A stretch of DNA of 64,000 nucleotides from an uncultured cyanobacterium (GCA_963744145.1 CAVUSO010000001.1:1742831-1806830); one strand, 5' to 3'; numbered from the stretch's first letter, positions 20,160-31,050 are shown. Notes: a model not told the origin generated them from the letters alone. Numbers and translations: made by a program.

Positions 20160-22166
20160 TTAATCATCATTTAAACCTGATAATCTCATAATTTCATCGA
20201 ACTGAAAATTGTTGACCAATTGTACCAGCATTCTCGCCAAAAGTCCATATTCACTCTCAATTTGTTTAATTATAGTCAAAGTTAAGTCCGAATCGGCTAA
20301 AGCAGCAGCTTCATATAATTCCGCTAACCAATGGTCGGGTAAAACGGCGAAATCAACTGGATCTAGTTTAGTTCTAATCTTGTGATCTAATTCAACTGAA
20401 TCATGTAATTTATCCTCTTCAGGGTAGATATACTCTACCCCAATATATTTATTCATAATATCAAAAATATCTGCTGCTTGAAAGGGTTTATGGATCATGT
20501 CATCACATCCTGCTGCTCTCACCAATGAATGCTCTTCTTCCATCACATTAGCAGTTAAGGCAATAATGGCTATACTTTTACCTTGTGGGGTCGCTTTAAT
20601 CTGTTTAGTTGCTTCGTAACCATTCATGACGGGCATTCGCATATCCATCCAGATTAAATTTGGCTCCCAAGTTGATGAAATTTGCACAGCTTCTTGACCG
20701 TTAGTTGCCTCTTTAATTTCAAACCCAAGCGGTTGTAGTAGTTTAATCAATAATTGGCGATTGTCCCATTTGTCATCAACAATTAGGATACGATAGGATG
20801 GTTGATTAGGTGCTAAAGCGATCGCGATCAGATGGTTTTTCTTCGGTATAGGCTCAATACTTTCCAGAATATTGCTACTAATATAAAACTGAAACTCTGT
20901 CCCTTGTCCTAATTCACTACTTACCGTGATTTCTCCTCCCATCATTTGGACAAACTGACGACTAATTGATAAGCCTAATCCCGTACCTTCTTGGGCTTTT
21001 TTACCAGTTTGGGTTTGGACAAAAGGCTCAAATAGCAGCTCTAATTCATCCCTAGCAATACCTGGACCAGTATCTTTAACTCCAAAGATAATTAGGTTCT
21101 GTAAATCTGTTAGTCGCTCATCTAAATTAGAGAATTTTGCCAAATTAGGCATGGTTTCATCATCAGTATTTATTTGATTTTGACTCAATAAACTTATTTG
21201 CACTGTTATGCAGCCTTGCTGGGTAAATTTAATGGCATTATTAACTAAATTAATCAATACTTGACGTAACTTAATTTCGTCCGTTCGCAAATATTTAGGT
21301 ACATCAGAATTACGATTGATTAAAAGCTTCAATCCCTTGTCTCTAGCTTTCAAATAAAACATATCTTCTAGATCATGCAGCAGACGATATAAATCAAAGT
21401 TCGTTTCGTTAAAAGTTATCCGTCCTGCTTCAATTTTAGATAAATCTAAAACGTTATCAATCAAAGCTAGTAGGTGTTCACCACTACGATGAATAATGCG
21501 AAGATTTTCTTGGTATTCTGGATGTAAATTTTGCTCACGAATCATTAATTGGGTAAATCCTAGAATCGCATTTAGTGGCGATCGCAATTCATGACTCATA
21601 TTTGCTAAGAAGGTGCTTTTAGCACGGTTAGCTACTTCTGCTAATTCCTTCGCTTGTTGCAATTCAATCGTGCGGGCTAAAATTTTTGACTCTAAGGATG
21701 CGTTTAATTGTTCTAATTCATTATTAATTTTTTGTAAAGTTTGATTTTGTTCAGCTAGTTGTTGATCTTGAGTATACCGACGGATTGCTTCTGTAACGGT
21801 TAATTCTAAATCGGTTTCATCCCAGGGTTTGGCAATATAACGATAAAGATTAGCAGAATTAACTGCATTTCCTACCGCAGTTGCATCTGCTTGTCCAGTT
21901 AACAGTATTTTTAAAGTTTTCGGATATTGCTGATGGAGTTTTATTAATAGTTCATCACCTTTCATTCCTGGCATAATTTGATCGGTGATCACTAGGGTAA
22001 CTTCCAGCTCTTCTTCTAATAATTCGGCAAAAATTTCTAAAGCTTCTTCACCACTTTGGGCTAATTCAATGTCATAATCATTACCAAAATTATGGATTAG
22101 CTGATCTCTCAGACTAATCAAAATCATCCTTTCATCATCTACACAAATAATTGTTCCTTTACTCAT
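20160..22166 (-). CDS. Hybrid histidine kinase (atypical N-terminal REC - HisKA - HATPase - REC - C-terminal helical domain)
   Basis: N-terminal [32 protein letters not shown]-box [15 protein letters not shown]-box [10 protein letters not shown]2 [12 protein letters not shown]. Second [32 protein letters not shown]. Confidence 0.85.
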   Translation of the reverse strand: MSKGTIICVDDERMILISLRDQLIHNFGNDYDIELAQSGEEALEIFAELLEEELEVTLVITDQIMPGMKGDELLIKLHQQYPKTLKILLTGQADATAVGNAVNSANLYRYIAKPWDETDLELTVTEAIRRYTQDQQLAEQNQTLQKINNELEQLNASLESKILARTIELQQAKELAEVANRAKSTFLANMSHELRSPLNAILGFTQLMIREQNLHPEYQENLRIIHRSGEHLLALIDNVLDLSKIEAGRITFNETNFDLYRLLHDLEDMFYLKARDKGLKLLINRNSDVPKYLRTDEIKLRQVLINLVNNAIKFTQQGCITVQISLLSQNQINTDDETMPNLAKFSNLDERLTDLQNLIIFGVKDTGPGIARDELELLFEPFVQTQTGKKAQEGTGLGLSISRQFVQMMGGEITVSSELGQGTEFQFYISSNILESIEPIPKKNHLIAIALAPNQPSYRILIVDDKWDNRQLLIKLLQPLGFEIKEATNGQEAVQISSTWEPNLIWMDMRMPVMNGYEATKQIKATPQGKSIAIIALTANVMEEEHSLVRAAGCDDMIHKPFQAADIFDIMNKYIGVEYIYPEEDKLHDSVELDHKIRTKLDPVDFAVLPDHWLAELYEAAALADSDLTLTIIKQIESEYGLLARMLVQLVNNFQFDEIMRLSGLNDD

Positions 22167-22560
22167 AATTTCCTTCTAATCCTGATTCAAGCACTTCAAT
22201 TAAGGTTTTTTGATCCCAAGGTTTAGGTAAACATCGATGTAGGTTAGCATATTTTTGGGCTCTTTCAATTGCTTTTTCTGAAGCTTGTCCAGTCAAAAGC
22301 ACTGTGACAATTCCTGGAAATTGATGATGGACTTTAATTAAGAATTCATCTCCTTTCATATCGGGCATTAACCAATCTGAAATAATCAGCAGAATTTTGA
22401 TACCTTCACTCTGTAACTCTTCCATTACTTCTAGTGCTTCATCCGTATTTTCCGCAAATTCATAAATATAGCGATCGCCAAAATGTTGGGTGATTTGATC
22501 GCGTAAACTAATCAAAATCATCCTTTCATCATCTACACATAAAATTGCTTTTTTGGGCAT
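22159..22560 (-). CDS. Single-domain response regulator (REC), paralogous to the N-terminal REC of the downstream hybrid kinase
   Basis: [19 protein letters not shown]...[16 protein letters not shown] is highly similar to the N-terminus of ORF 20160..22166. The ORF track starts at 22629, but an ATG at about 22558-22560 is preceded by a perfect TAAGGAGG Shine-Dalgarno and avoids overlap with the upstream kinase, so I place the start there. An 8-nt overlap (ATGAGTAA) couples it to the next gene. Confidence 0.75.
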   Translation of the reverse strand: MPKKAILCVDDERMILISLRDQITQHFGDRYIYEFAENTDEALEVMEELQSEGIKILLIISDWLMPDMKGDEFLIKVHHQFPGIVTVLLTGQASEKAIERAQKYANLHRCLPKPWDQKTLIEVLESGLEGNYE

Positions 22561-22579
22561 AAATAATCTGATTTCCTCC

Positions 22580-24964
22580 TTAACCTGCAATGGACAGCCA
22601 TACCCTAAAAGTAGTCCGTCCTGGTTCACTATCTACCTCAATTTTACCAGAATGTTTCTCAATTATCTTGCGGACAATATCTAGACCTAACCCTGTTCCT
22701 TCTCCAGCACTTTTGGTCGTAAAAAAAGGCTCAAATATTTTTGACTTAATTTCCATTGGAATCCCACAACCAGAATCTGTAATTTCTACTACAACATAAG
22801 GATCTTGCTGTTGGACCCTAATCCTTAAGTTACCTTGATAATTCATTGCTTGGATTGCATTATGAATTAAATTTGTCCAGACTTGGTTTAATTCTTCTGG
22901 ATAACCAAGGATTGGGACTACTTCTTGATAATCTTTAGTCACCTCAATCCCTTGCTTTAATTGATGATGATAGATAGTTAAAACTACTTCAATTCCTTCA
23001 ATTACTTGGGTTTTTATTTTTTGATCTGAGTGATCATAACGAGCATAACTTTTTAAAGCAAATACTATTTTGGCAGCTCGTTCGACAGCTAGAATAATAT
23101 TTTGGCTATTTCGTTGTTGCATTGCTAAGTTAGAAATAGCTTCAATAATAGCCAGATTTTGGTCAGCTTGTAAAAGTGAGATATAATCAGTAATATTTTG
23201 AGTAAATCCCATATTTACTAAAGCAGTTGCGATCGCTTCACCATTATGGATCTGGGCTGATTCTAAATTTTTGATTAGCGTGCGTTTTAATTGTCGTTCT
23301 TCTCGAAATGAAAGAGTTGCTTTATTAGCTTGTACTACTGCTAATAAAGTAAAGAAATCTTGTTGTTGTCCTAAAGATAGTTGGGGCAACAATTGGGGTA
23401 ATTGTTGGAGGGAATTACTCAGCGCACTAACAATATTGCCAATGGAAGCTCTGATTGCTCCCAAAGGTGTATTAATTTCGTGAGCAATCCCTGCAATTAG
23501 TTCTCCCAACGCTGCCATTTTTTCTGATTGAATCAGTTCTTCTTGAGTAACTTTTAATTCTAATAATGTTTGAGCTAATTCCTCATTTTTTTGCCTTAAT
23601 GCTTCTTCTGCTTGTTTCCTTTCTGTAATATCATTAGAGAGAGAGAGCAAACAATCTTCACCCCGAATATTAATAATTTCTGCTGATAATAAAGTTGTCC
23701 TAATTAAACCTGATTTAGTCTTAAATTTAAATTCATAGTTATTAGCTAACCGATTACTTTGCAACAGATTAAATAAATAAATCCGATCCTCTTGATTGAT
23801 CCAAAGGTTAAGGTCGTTAGCAGTATAACCAATAATTTCTTCCCGACTGTAACCCGTCTGACGACAAAAAGTTTCGTTGACTTCAATATGTGTTCCATCT
23901 GCTAATCTGGTAATTGTCATCGCATTAGGACTAGAACGAAAAGCTTTCTTAAATTTTTCCTCAGATAAACATAATGCTGCTTCTGCTTGTTTGCGATCGC
24001 TAAGATCACGAGCTACCCAAACGACGGAGTTATTTGTCATCGGGGAAATCCGGGTAGCAAACCAAATTTCTTGTTCACTACTTGATAAGCTATAATCAAA
24101 CTCGATCGTCTGCTGTTGTTCTAAAGCTTTGTGAATTTGTTCCCACCAAATATCGGTTGTTTGATCTTGAAAAAATTGTTCGATCGTCTGACCAATTATA
24201 TCAAAATTTTCATCATATAAAAGACCTGTATTAGTTGGAACAACTTGGATACTTCCTTGTCTACTAATCACTAGGATAATATCTGTCATTGCTTCCAAAA
24301 TTGCCCGCATTGTTGTTTCTGAAGTGTGCAGTTTTTCCTCTAATAACTGGAGATCACGAAGTTTCTGTTCTAGATCATGATTTTTCTCTTTTACTTGACT
24401 GTATTTTCTAGGTAACTCCGCTTCTAATTGCTGATAAATTTTGCTATTCTCTCCACCAATTTCTGTCTGACAATTTATCACCAAATTTTGATGATTGACA
24501 GAAATATCATTTTTAATTTTTGGCAAAAATTGCGGATAACGTAACTCTAATTCCTTCACATTTATCCAATCTTTCCCATTCACATATTCATCATAAGCCT
24601 GTTGTAAATAAATTTGAGCAAACTGCTCCATCCCTTGGGCTAGATAAAACTCAGCAGCTAGTTTATAGACCAGCGGAATATCTTGAATATATTGGTTTTT
24701 TCTGACATTTTTAATTGCTTGTTCATATAGCTCTACTGCTTCCCATTTGTTTTCTAAAACTCTGGCTATTTCTGCCCCAATTAATTGATATCTGTGTAGA
24801 TAATTAATGGGAGTATTAGCCGCCAAAATGCTGAGATTATCTTGGTAAATATAAATAGCTTCTAGATATTTTTTTTGCTCATTTTTATCTACCCTTGCAT
24901 AATTTGCTAATAAACTTAATGAGTAGTAAAAATCATCTTCATCATCTGGCAATAATTCATTCAT
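22580..24964 (-). CDS. Sensor histidine kinase with N-terminal TPR-like region and two PAS domains
   Basis: H-box AHEINTPLGAIRASIGN, N-box NLIHNAIQAM, G1 DSGCGIP, G2 GEGTGLGLDIVRK. The N-terminal 200 aa are helical and TPR-like. PAS segments sit near ITERKQAEEAL. Confidence 0.85.
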   Translation of the reverse strand: MNELLPDDEDDFYYSLSLLANYARVDKNEQKKYLEAIYIYQDNLSILAANTPINYLHRYQLIGAEIARVLENKWEAVELYEQAIKNVRKNQYIQDIPLVYKLAAEFYLAQGMEQFAQIYLQQAYDEYVNGKDWINVKELELRYPQFLPKIKNDISVNHQNLVINCQTEIGGENSKIYQQLEAELPRKYSQVKEKNHDLEQKLRDLQLLEEKLHTSETTMRAILEAMTDIILVISRQGSIQVVPTNTGLLYDENFDIIGQTIEQFFQDQTTDIWWEQIHKALEQQQTIEFDYSLSSSEQEIWFATRISPMTNNSVVWVARDLSDRKQAEAALCLSEEKFKKAFRSSPNAMTITRLADGTHIEVNETFCRQTGYSREEIIGYTANDLNLWINQEDRIYLFNLLQSNRLANNYEFKFKTKSGLIRTTLLSAEIINIRGEDCLLSLSNDITERKQAEEALRQKNEELAQTLLELKVTQEELIQSEKMAALGELIAGIAHEINTPLGAIRASIGNIVSALSNSLQQLPQLLPQLSLGQQQDFFTLLAVVQANKATLSFREERQLKRTLIKNLESAQIHNGEAIATALVNMGFTQNITDYISLLQADQNLAIIEAISNLAMQQRNSQNIILAVERAAKIVFALKSYARYDHSDQKIKTQVIEGIEVVLTIYHHQLKQGIEVTKDYQEVVPILGYPEELNQVWTNLIHNAIQAMNYQGNLRIRVQQQDPYVVVEITDSGCGIPMEIKSKIFEPFFTTKSAGEGTGLGLDIVRKIIEKHSGKIEVDSEPGRTTFRVWLSIAG

Positions 24965-25175
24965 ATCTTTAACGCTATCATCTAGATTTTGAATATTAGC
25001 AACCAGCTAGACATAATATTAAACCTTGCTAACTTACCTTGATGGTGCAAGTAGCTCCACCCAGGGACAAAGAAAACCAATTGACAGTTGCTAATTCATT
25101 ATACCTTTTCCGGGTGTTAAGCAGCATAGCAATATTCAGGAAATTGGCCAGATTAGGCATAAATTTTAACGCTGG

Positions 25176-26114
25176 TCAAATCTCTTGAGTTTCTACTAAC
25201 GCTTTTTCAAACGCTTTTGCTAGTTTAGTTTGAAAACGCTGTCGATGCTTAAGTTTTAAAAAAGGTCGTACCATTTCAGCGATCGCACTTTTTCCTTCTC
25301 GATCATCTGTAACCGAGAGGGAACGAAGTGTCCCCAATTGCAGTTCTTTTTGTACCATCAGTTCCGAAATAGCTGTTGCCCCGATCCCACTTTCGACAAC
25401 TGTTTTTATCATTTCGCCACTATTTAAAACTAAAATTATTTTTAATTCATTGATGTTTATTTGCCATTCTTGTAAAGCTTTTTCAAACCTTTGCTGAGTC
25501 CCAGATCCCGCTTCTCGCATTACCCAAGTGGTAGACTTCAGATCACTTAAGTAAATTTGGCTATTCTCAAACCAAGGGTGAGATTTCCCGACAACAATTA
25601 GTAAGTGATCACTGTCTACAATTTCTTGTTCTAAACTACTTTGTAATCCTGGTTTTACTTCTCCTTCTACTAAACCTAAGTCAAACATTCCCGTGGCTGT
25701 ACCAACACAAATCGCTTCGGTATTTGCCAAAGTACAATTAACTGAAATTCCTGGATATTGACGCTGAAACTGACTCAATTTACTCGGTAACCAATAATTA
25801 CCAATAGTCAAACTTGAACCCAATTTTAATTCCCCCCGTTGCAAATTATTTAATTCCCGCAAACCTCTCTCGGTTAAAGCAACTTGGTCAATAATTTTCT
25901 GTGCTTCTACTTGCAATAGTTTCCCTGCTTCTGTGATTTCAATCTGACGACCAATCCGATTAAATAATTTTACTCCATATTGTTCTTCTAATCCTTGAAT
26001 TGCCGCACTAATAGCTGGTTGAGTCAGATAAAGTGCTTCTGCTGCTCGAGTAAAATGTAAATGCTGGGCAACAGCTAGAAAAATGCGTAATTGATCCAGG
26101 GTCATTGATGCCAT
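25176..26114 (-). CDS. LysR-family transcriptional regulator
   Basis: N-terminal HTH MTLDQLRIFLAVAQHLHFTRAAEALYLTQPAISAAIQGLEEQYGVKLFNR followed by a substrate-binding domain; the subtype (NtcB/CmpR/RbcR-like) cannot be assigned by eye. Confidence 0.9.
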   Translation of the reverse strand: MASMTLDQLRIFLAVAQHLHFTRAAEALYLTQPAISAAIQGLEEQYGVKLFNRIGRQIEITEAGKLLQVEAQKIIDQVALTERGLRELNNLQRGELKLGSSLTIGNYWLPSKLSQFQRQYPGISVNCTLANTEAICVGTATGMFDLGLVEGEVKPGLQSSLEQEIVDSDHLLIVVGKSHPWFENSQIYLSDLKSTTWVMREAGSGTQQRFEKALQEWQININELKIILVLNSGEMIKTVVESGIGATAISELMVQKELQLGTLRSLSVTDDREGKSAIAEMVRPFLKLKHRQRFQTKLAKAFEKALVETQEI

Positions 26115-26270
26115 TTTCAGTAAGTATAAACCTTCTGATCAAAATTGTATTATTTTATTTATGAAAATCATAAAAAGTCAAATTGTATGCTAAGTAAATT
26201 AGCCCGGAAAAATCCCGATCTCTCATAACACTGTTGAGAACCAATAAATTATGATAAATAGTACAAACAA

Positions 26271-26933
26271 TTGCTGTGTGAGGACTCAACGATGACTGCA
26301 TGGGTCAGAGGTAAAGTTTTATCTCATTCCCTGAAAATCAGCAGATTATCTCTATGGAAGCTAGTCGGCTGTGCTATAGTTTTTTGCTTAGGGGGTCAAA
26401 GACAAGCGATCGCGACTGATCTAACCACCGACCAGACCAACTCAGTCAAGACCCAGATCCAAATAATTGCTCCACCAGACTTAAAATTACCTCTACCATC
26501 CCTAGGAGAACCAGAACTCTATTTACCCCAAGTCCCCATTAACCAAAATATTCACTTGGTCCTCAAACTCAGTGAACGTCGAGTTTATGTTTATGAAGGA
26601 GACAATCTCCTAGTTAGTTACCAGGTAGCTGTTGGTAAAGATGGGTGGGAAACTCCTACAGGTAATTTTCAAGTAATTGATATGATTGTTGACCCAGCTT
26701 GGCAAAGTCCTTTTACTGGAGAAGTGGAAGCTCCAGGACCGGATGGTTCTTTAGGGTTGAGGTGGATCGCTTTTTGGACTAATGGCAAAGATTTTATTGG
26801 GTTTCATGGTACTCCTAGTTTAAATTCGCTCGGACACGCTGCTTCTCATGGTTGTGTCCGGATGCGAAATGAGGACGTAGTAGCTTTATTTGACAAAGTT
26901 CGGCTTGGTACACCCGTCAAGGTAGAACCTTAG
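26271..26933 (+). CDS. L,D-transpeptidase (YkuD domain) with signal peptide
   Basis: VYVYEGDNLLVSYQVAVGKDGWETPTGNFQV...GFHGTPSLNSLGHAASHGCVRMRNEDVVALFDKVRLGTPVKV gives the catalytic His/Cys motif SHGCVRM. A hydrophobic N-terminus is present. Confidence 0.8.
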   Translation: MLCEDSTMTAWVRGKVLSHSLKISRLSLWKLVGCAIVFCLGGQRQAIATDLTTDQTNSVKTQIQIIAPPDLKLPLPSLGEPELYLPQVPINQNIHLVLKLSERRVYVYEGDNLLVSYQVAVGKDGWETPTGNFQVIDMIVDPAWQSPFTGEVEAPGPDGSLGLRWIAFWTNGKDFIGFHGTPSLNSLGHAASHGCVRMRNEDVVALFDKVRLGTPVKVEP

Positions 26934-27102
26934 TGTGATTTGATCATTGATTTGCGATAAGATCAATTCTGAACAATAGGGATGAGTACGATTGGCTTTT
27001 TTACTAGAAAAATTCTGACAAAAATTAAATGCAGATAATAGTAATTTTGTCAATATCTAATTTCTGTTCGATTCATAAGCGTGGTTGTGAGGATTTAAGC
27101 AA

Positions 27103-27621
27103 GTGGAAAAAAAATTAAGTAGCACGAAACAATCAGCGGTTTTCTTGGTTTTACTTACTATTGCCCTAGGAGAAAGCACCACCGCGATCGCCTCAACGAC
27201 AGTCTCATCTTATCCCGTCAATGTTAACCATCTCTCATCAGGTAATTCCTGGGAATTAGCCCAAAGTCAAGATCTACGATCAGGTAAATGTCGGCAGATC
27301 ATTGGGAATCAAGCTAATCCTCGGACTGACGTAGGGCCAAAACTTCTCGCGGCTTTTGCTAACCCTGATGATTTAGTTGGTGGCAAAATTGTCGCATCTA
27401 TAGCAGTAGGAAGTAAAGTTACTCTTGCTAATCCCTATCAAGAAAAATGGGTCAACGATCCGGAAGGGACTGGTAAAGTTGTTATGGTTGCAGTTACTCA
27501 AGCAGGTAATAGCCATCTGTTGTGGATTCCAGTTAATCGGATTAAAAACTCTGGTACGAAATTTACTACTCCTAGCACTTTAGGTCTTTGTACTGGCTCC
27601 CCAGTACGGGGCTTGTGGTAA
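27103..27621 (+). CDS. Hypothetical secreted protein (N-terminal signal peptide)
   Basis: Long ORF with hydrophobic leader AVFLVLLTIALGESTTAIAS; no recognisable domain. Confidence 0.4.
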   Translation: MEKKLSSTKQSAVFLVLLTIALGESTTAIASTTVSSYPVNVNHLSSGNSWELAQSQDLRSGKCRQIIGNQANPRTDVGPKLLAAFANPDDLVGGKIVASIAVGSKVTLANPYQEKWVNDPEGTGKVVMVAVTQAGNSHLLWIPVNRIKNSGTKFTTPSTLGLCTGSPVRGLW

Positions 27622-27662
27622 AGTACAATTTTCTCGATGTTTTAGCTGCTTATCATACAATA

Positions 27663-27982
27663 CGGTTCAGTTAACTGTAGGGGCAAAGCATTTCGGCGCA
27701 TAAATGATAGCTTAAACGTTTACCCTGAGTTTACCCTGAGCGGAGTCGAAGGGCGTAGTCGAAGGGAAGGATAATATTACCGAAATGCTTTGCCCTCACC
27801 ATCTATGCAGCCAACCGATCAACTAGATATTAAAATCCATTCAGTTAAGATTTTTTGGGAGCTCTCGGCGCAGATTGGGCGAAGCATTCGGATATAATAT
27901 TAACTGTTTTAGTGTTAAATTGTCGCCCGAATGCTATGCCTACGGCACGCTTGCGCGAACGCCCCTACGGTTAACTGAACCG
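27663..27982. mobile_element. MITE-like non-coding element, ~320 bp, with 22-bp terminal inverted repeats (cggttcagttaactgtaggggc / gcccctacggttaactgaaccg) and nested internal inverted repeats
   Basis: Terminal inverted repeats have 1 mismatch. Internal inverted repeat gggcaaagcatttcg / cgaaatgctttgccc. Tandem gtcgaaggg x2. No ORF. A related partial copy sits at 45460-45592. Confidence 0.5.
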
Positions 27983-28041
27983 GATTGGCTGATTATATCC
28001 TTTTCAATTAAACTGAAACGGAAACTAATTCCCATTTACAT

Positions 28042-28860
28042 ATGAAAAAAAGACATATTCTTGCATTTATTAGTGGTATAATCGCGGTCCTAACTTTGGC
28101 AGCTTGTACTCACTTTGTGACCAAACCTACCTCTGTAGTACCAGCAAATGCTAGCTTGTTAGTGTCAGCTGCAGCTAGTCTCCAAGAAGCACTGCAAGAA
28201 ATTCAACCAATTTTTCAAAAAAGTCAGGCTCAGACTAGTGTCAATTATAATTTTGGTGCTTCTGGAGCTTTACAACAACAAATTGAACAAGGTTCACCAG
28301 TAGATGTCTTTATTTCTGCTGCTACTAAGCAAATGAATGCTTTGCAGAAAAAGGATTTGATTCTCACCGATACTCTACATCAGCTTCTTACTAATAGTCT
28401 GGTTTTGATAGTGTCCAATCATTCTAATTTACAGATTAAGGATTTTACCCAATTAGCTGACTCTAATGTGGAAAAAATTGCTGTCGGTGAATTTAAAAGT
28501 GTTCCGGTTGGGCAATATACTGAGGAAATGTTCAAAAATTTGAAAATTTTTGATCAAGTTAAACCAAAATTGGTATTTGGTAATAGTGTTCGTAATGTTT
28601 TAGCTGCGGTTGAAAGTGGTGATGTTGATGCTGGAATTGTCTATAAGACTGATGCAAAAATATCAAATCAGGTAAAAGTTATTGCCACAGTACCAAAAAA
28701 CTTGCATTCTCCAATTATTTATCCGATCGCTGTTTTGAAAAATAGTAGAAATCCTGAAACTGCTAAAGATTATGTCAAATTTTTAGTCAGCGATGCTGCT
28801 GCAACTACTGTGTTTCAGAAATATGGCTTTGGGATTGCTTCCCAACCAAGCAAAAGTTAG
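28042..28860 (+). CDS. modA: Molybdate ABC transporter substrate-binding protein (ModA-like)
   Basis: Lipoprotein-like leader (LAAC). Conserved AAASL..AL.E...F....YNFGASGAL..QI..G.P.DVFISA and DAGIVYKTDA motifs typical of ModA. Confidence 0.75.
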   Translation: MKKRHILAFISGIIAVLTLAACTHFVTKPTSVVPANASLLVSAAASLQEALQEIQPIFQKSQAQTSVNYNFGASGALQQQIEQGSPVDVFISAATKQMNALQKKDLILTDTLHQLLTNSLVLIVSNHSNLQIKDFTQLADSNVEKIAVGEFKSVPVGQYTEEMFKNLKIFDQVKPKLVFGNSVRNVLAAVESGDVDAGIVYKTDAKISNQVKVIATVPKNLHSPIIYPIAVLKNSRNPETAKDYVKFLVSDAAATTVFQKYGFGIASQPSKS

Positions 28861-29682
28861 TTAATTCGGACAACGTCGCTTCATGACTATGGCGATCGCG
28901 GTTAAAAATATTAATCCCATTGCTCCGGCTAAAGGATTATGATTAACCCCAGTAACCCAATCCGATACTTGACCAGAATAGACAGTCATTTTTCCGACAT
29001 TAATTATATAATAACCCCAAACTAAACCAGCATGAAAACCGATTGATAAACCCAAACGTCCGGAATTACTGCGTTTAGCCCAAACGAGAATTAATCCCAG
29101 TAACAATAACCCTGGAAATTGCGGAAAAGTCCGGATCACCTCACTCAGAGGTTTGATAAAATGCAGGGAAGCAAAGATAATTGCATCCAACCAAAGTGCT
29201 GCTTGACGAGAATAATCTCGTTGTAATTCATCTAATAACCAACCACGAAATACGACTTCTTCCGCTAATCCAATTCCTACTGCACTTAGTAATCCTTCTG
29301 TGATGAGTTGGGGTAAAGGTAGAGCAGGATTTTGCCAGATTAACCAACCTAGCAATCCTTGTAACCCAAATAAACTAAAGGTAGTTAATAAACCAAAACC
29401 TAATCCTGATAGCCATTCTAAGATATTTTGGCGCTTGCGTTCTAAACCATAACGGCTAAAAATTTGGGGTTGATGATAGACTTTTTCTCCCCAAATTCGC
29501 AGGAGCAGAAAAAATTCTGTGAATAACAACCCCATCGTGATAATTGTCACTAAATTGCGATCGCTTCCTAACCAATAAATGGGAGTGGCAATGGGTAGCC
29601 ACACTAATAGGAGAATTAACAGAAATATCCCTATTCGTCCCGGAGCTGGATAACGGCTGATCTGGCCCAGATTGAATTTCAA
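28861..29682 (-). CDS. CPBP-family (CAAX) intramembrane metalloprotease
   Basis: Multi-TM protein with the EEVVFRGWL (ExxxR) and FASLHF (FxxxH) motifs of Abi/CPBP proteases. Confidence 0.75.
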   Translation of the reverse strand: MKFNLGQISRYPAPGRIGIFLLILLLVWLPIATPIYWLGSDRNLVTIITMGLLFTEFFLLLRIWGEKVYHQPQIFSRYGLERKRQNILEWLSGLGFGLLTTFSLFGLQGLLGWLIWQNPALPLPQLITEGLLSAVGIGLAEEVVFRGWLLDELQRDYSRQAALWLDAIIFASLHFIKPLSEVIRTFPQFPGLLLLGLILVWAKRSNSGRLGLSIGFHAGLVWGYYIINVGKMTVYSGQVSDWVTGVNHNPLAGAMGLIFLTAIAIVMKRRCPN

Positions 29683-29695
29683 CGGTAATTTTTAT

Positions 29696-29977
29696 CTATT
29701 CATCAGGTTCAATCGTACTGGTGAGACCATGACTTTTCAAGGTTTCACAGTAAAATTCTGCGTGTTCCTGAGCGCAAGTAATCACCAAAGCAATCCCATT
29801 AGTATGTGCTTCCATCATAATACTCACCGCCTGCGGTTGGGTCAGACTGGGCACGGTCATTAGTAAAGTCTTGACGACATACTCCATTGAATTGAAGTCA
29901 TCGTTATGTAGTAACACCCGATAGCGAGGCGCAATTTTGCGAACCGTTGAACGTTTTTCAATGGTTTCGACAGACAC
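29696..29977 (-). CDS. clpS: ATP-dependent Clp protease adaptor ClpS
   Basis: RYRVLLHNDDFNSMEYVVKTLLMTVPSLTQPQAVSIMMEAHTNGIALVITCAQEHAEFYCETL matches the ClpS core. Confidence 0.85.
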   Translation of the reverse strand: MSVETIEKRSTVRKIAPRYRVLLHNDDFNSMEYVVKTLLMTVPSLTQPQAVSIMMEAHTNGIALVITCAQEHAEFYCETLKSHGLTSTIEPDE

Positions 29978-30198
29978 GGCTCTATGATCTCCTTAAAGTG
30001 GTCTTGAATTGCGGCATTTTTTAACTGCTGAAAATATTTGTTAGATCACCGATCGGACCAGTAGCGATCGCCAGATGTTAACAAATTTAGCTCTAAAGGT
30101 CGATCGTCGCTGATAATTCAGTGGTTTGGGTAGAACAAGCAGCGAGCGCGGCTCTAGCGCACCAATCAAATCACCAGCTAATTATATTTCTACATCAA

Positions 30199-31050
30199 TC
30201 AGATGACCGATAAAATTATTCCTTCGCGGGCTAGGACTGCATTTGGGCAAACTTTTTCTACTTCCAGGGTCAGACGATCAAGAAAGTCATCGCTATGATT
30301 AGGTTCATGATGAAACACTACTAATCTTTTGACCCCAGCAGCTTGAGCTATTTTTACTCCTTCTTGCCAAGTTGAGTGTCCCCAGCCCACTTTGGGAGAT
30401 TTCGGATTGTGGTATTCCTCATCTGTATACATAGCATCGTAAATCATCATATCGGCGTTACTGGCTAGATGAAGGACATTTTCATCCATGCGATCGGGGA
30501 AATGTTCTGTATCCGTGCAATAAAAGACCGAATGTCCTTGCCAAGTTACTCGGTATCCCATGGCACTATTCGGGTGATTTAACGGACCAGTTTCGATGGT
30601 AATGTCTTCTAGCTCAAAAGTATCGCCACAGATTAAGTCATAAAACTTCAAATCAGCTTTCATCCCGCCTAATGGGACTGGCGAATTAGGATGTAACACT
30701 CTTTCAATGAAATGATGTTTCATCGACTGAGCATCTCCAGGTACTGCTCCATGAATATGGAAACAATTACCTTGAATAAAAGCAGGGGTAAAAAAAGGAA
30801 ACCCTTGGATATGATCCCAATGGTAATGGGTAAAAAACATATAGGCTTCTAGGGGCATTTGCGATACTAGGTTTTTACCTAATACCTGCAAACCGGTACC
30901 ACCGTCAAAAATGAGACGTTTACCGTTAATCCGCATTTCTATACAAGATGTATTACCGCCGTAGCGAACTGTGTCTTTTCCTGGGGTGGGTACGCTACCT
31001 CGTACACCCCAAAATTGGATCACAAACTCAGAGGAAGGGCTGGTTTCCAT
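30199..31050 (-). CDS. MBL-fold metallo-hydrolase
   Basis: HYHWDHIQGFPFF (HxHxDH) motif. The ORF track extends to 31167, but that overlaps the aroC 3' end, so the start is more likely the internal METSPS... Met. Confidence 0.7.
   Translation of the reverse strand: METSPSSEFVIQFWGVRGSVPTPGKDTVRYGGNTSCIEMRINGKRLIFDGGTGLQVLGKNLVSQMPLEAYMFFTHYHWDHIQGFPFFTPAFIQGNCFHIHGAVPGDAQSMKHHFIERVLHPNSPVPLGGMKADLKFYDLICGDTFELEDITIETGPLNHPNSAMGYRVTWQGHSVFYCTDTEHFPDRMDENVLHLASNADMMIYDAMYTDEEYHNPKSPKVGWGHSTWQEGVKIAQAAGVKRLVVFHHEPNHSDDFLDRLTLEVEKVCPNAVLAREGIILSVI

Noticed and set aside
22561-22629. N-terminal 23-codon extension of the response regulator ORF (MNQDGLLLGYGCPLQVKEEIRLF)
   Set aside because: It would overlap the upstream kinase gene by 50 nt. 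An internal ATG with a perfect AAGGAGG Shine-Dalgarno gives a canonical REC start ([11 protein letters not shown]).
25081-25110. TTGACA-N17-like promoter hexamers downstream of the LysR gene
   Set aside because: They are on the plus strand while the adjacent operon is minus-strand; the -10 fit is weak. Not called.
27745-27770. Tandem gtcgaaggg / cgtagtcgaaggg repeats as a possible protein-binding site
   Set aside because: They lie inside the MITE-like element and are more simply part of its internal repeat structure.
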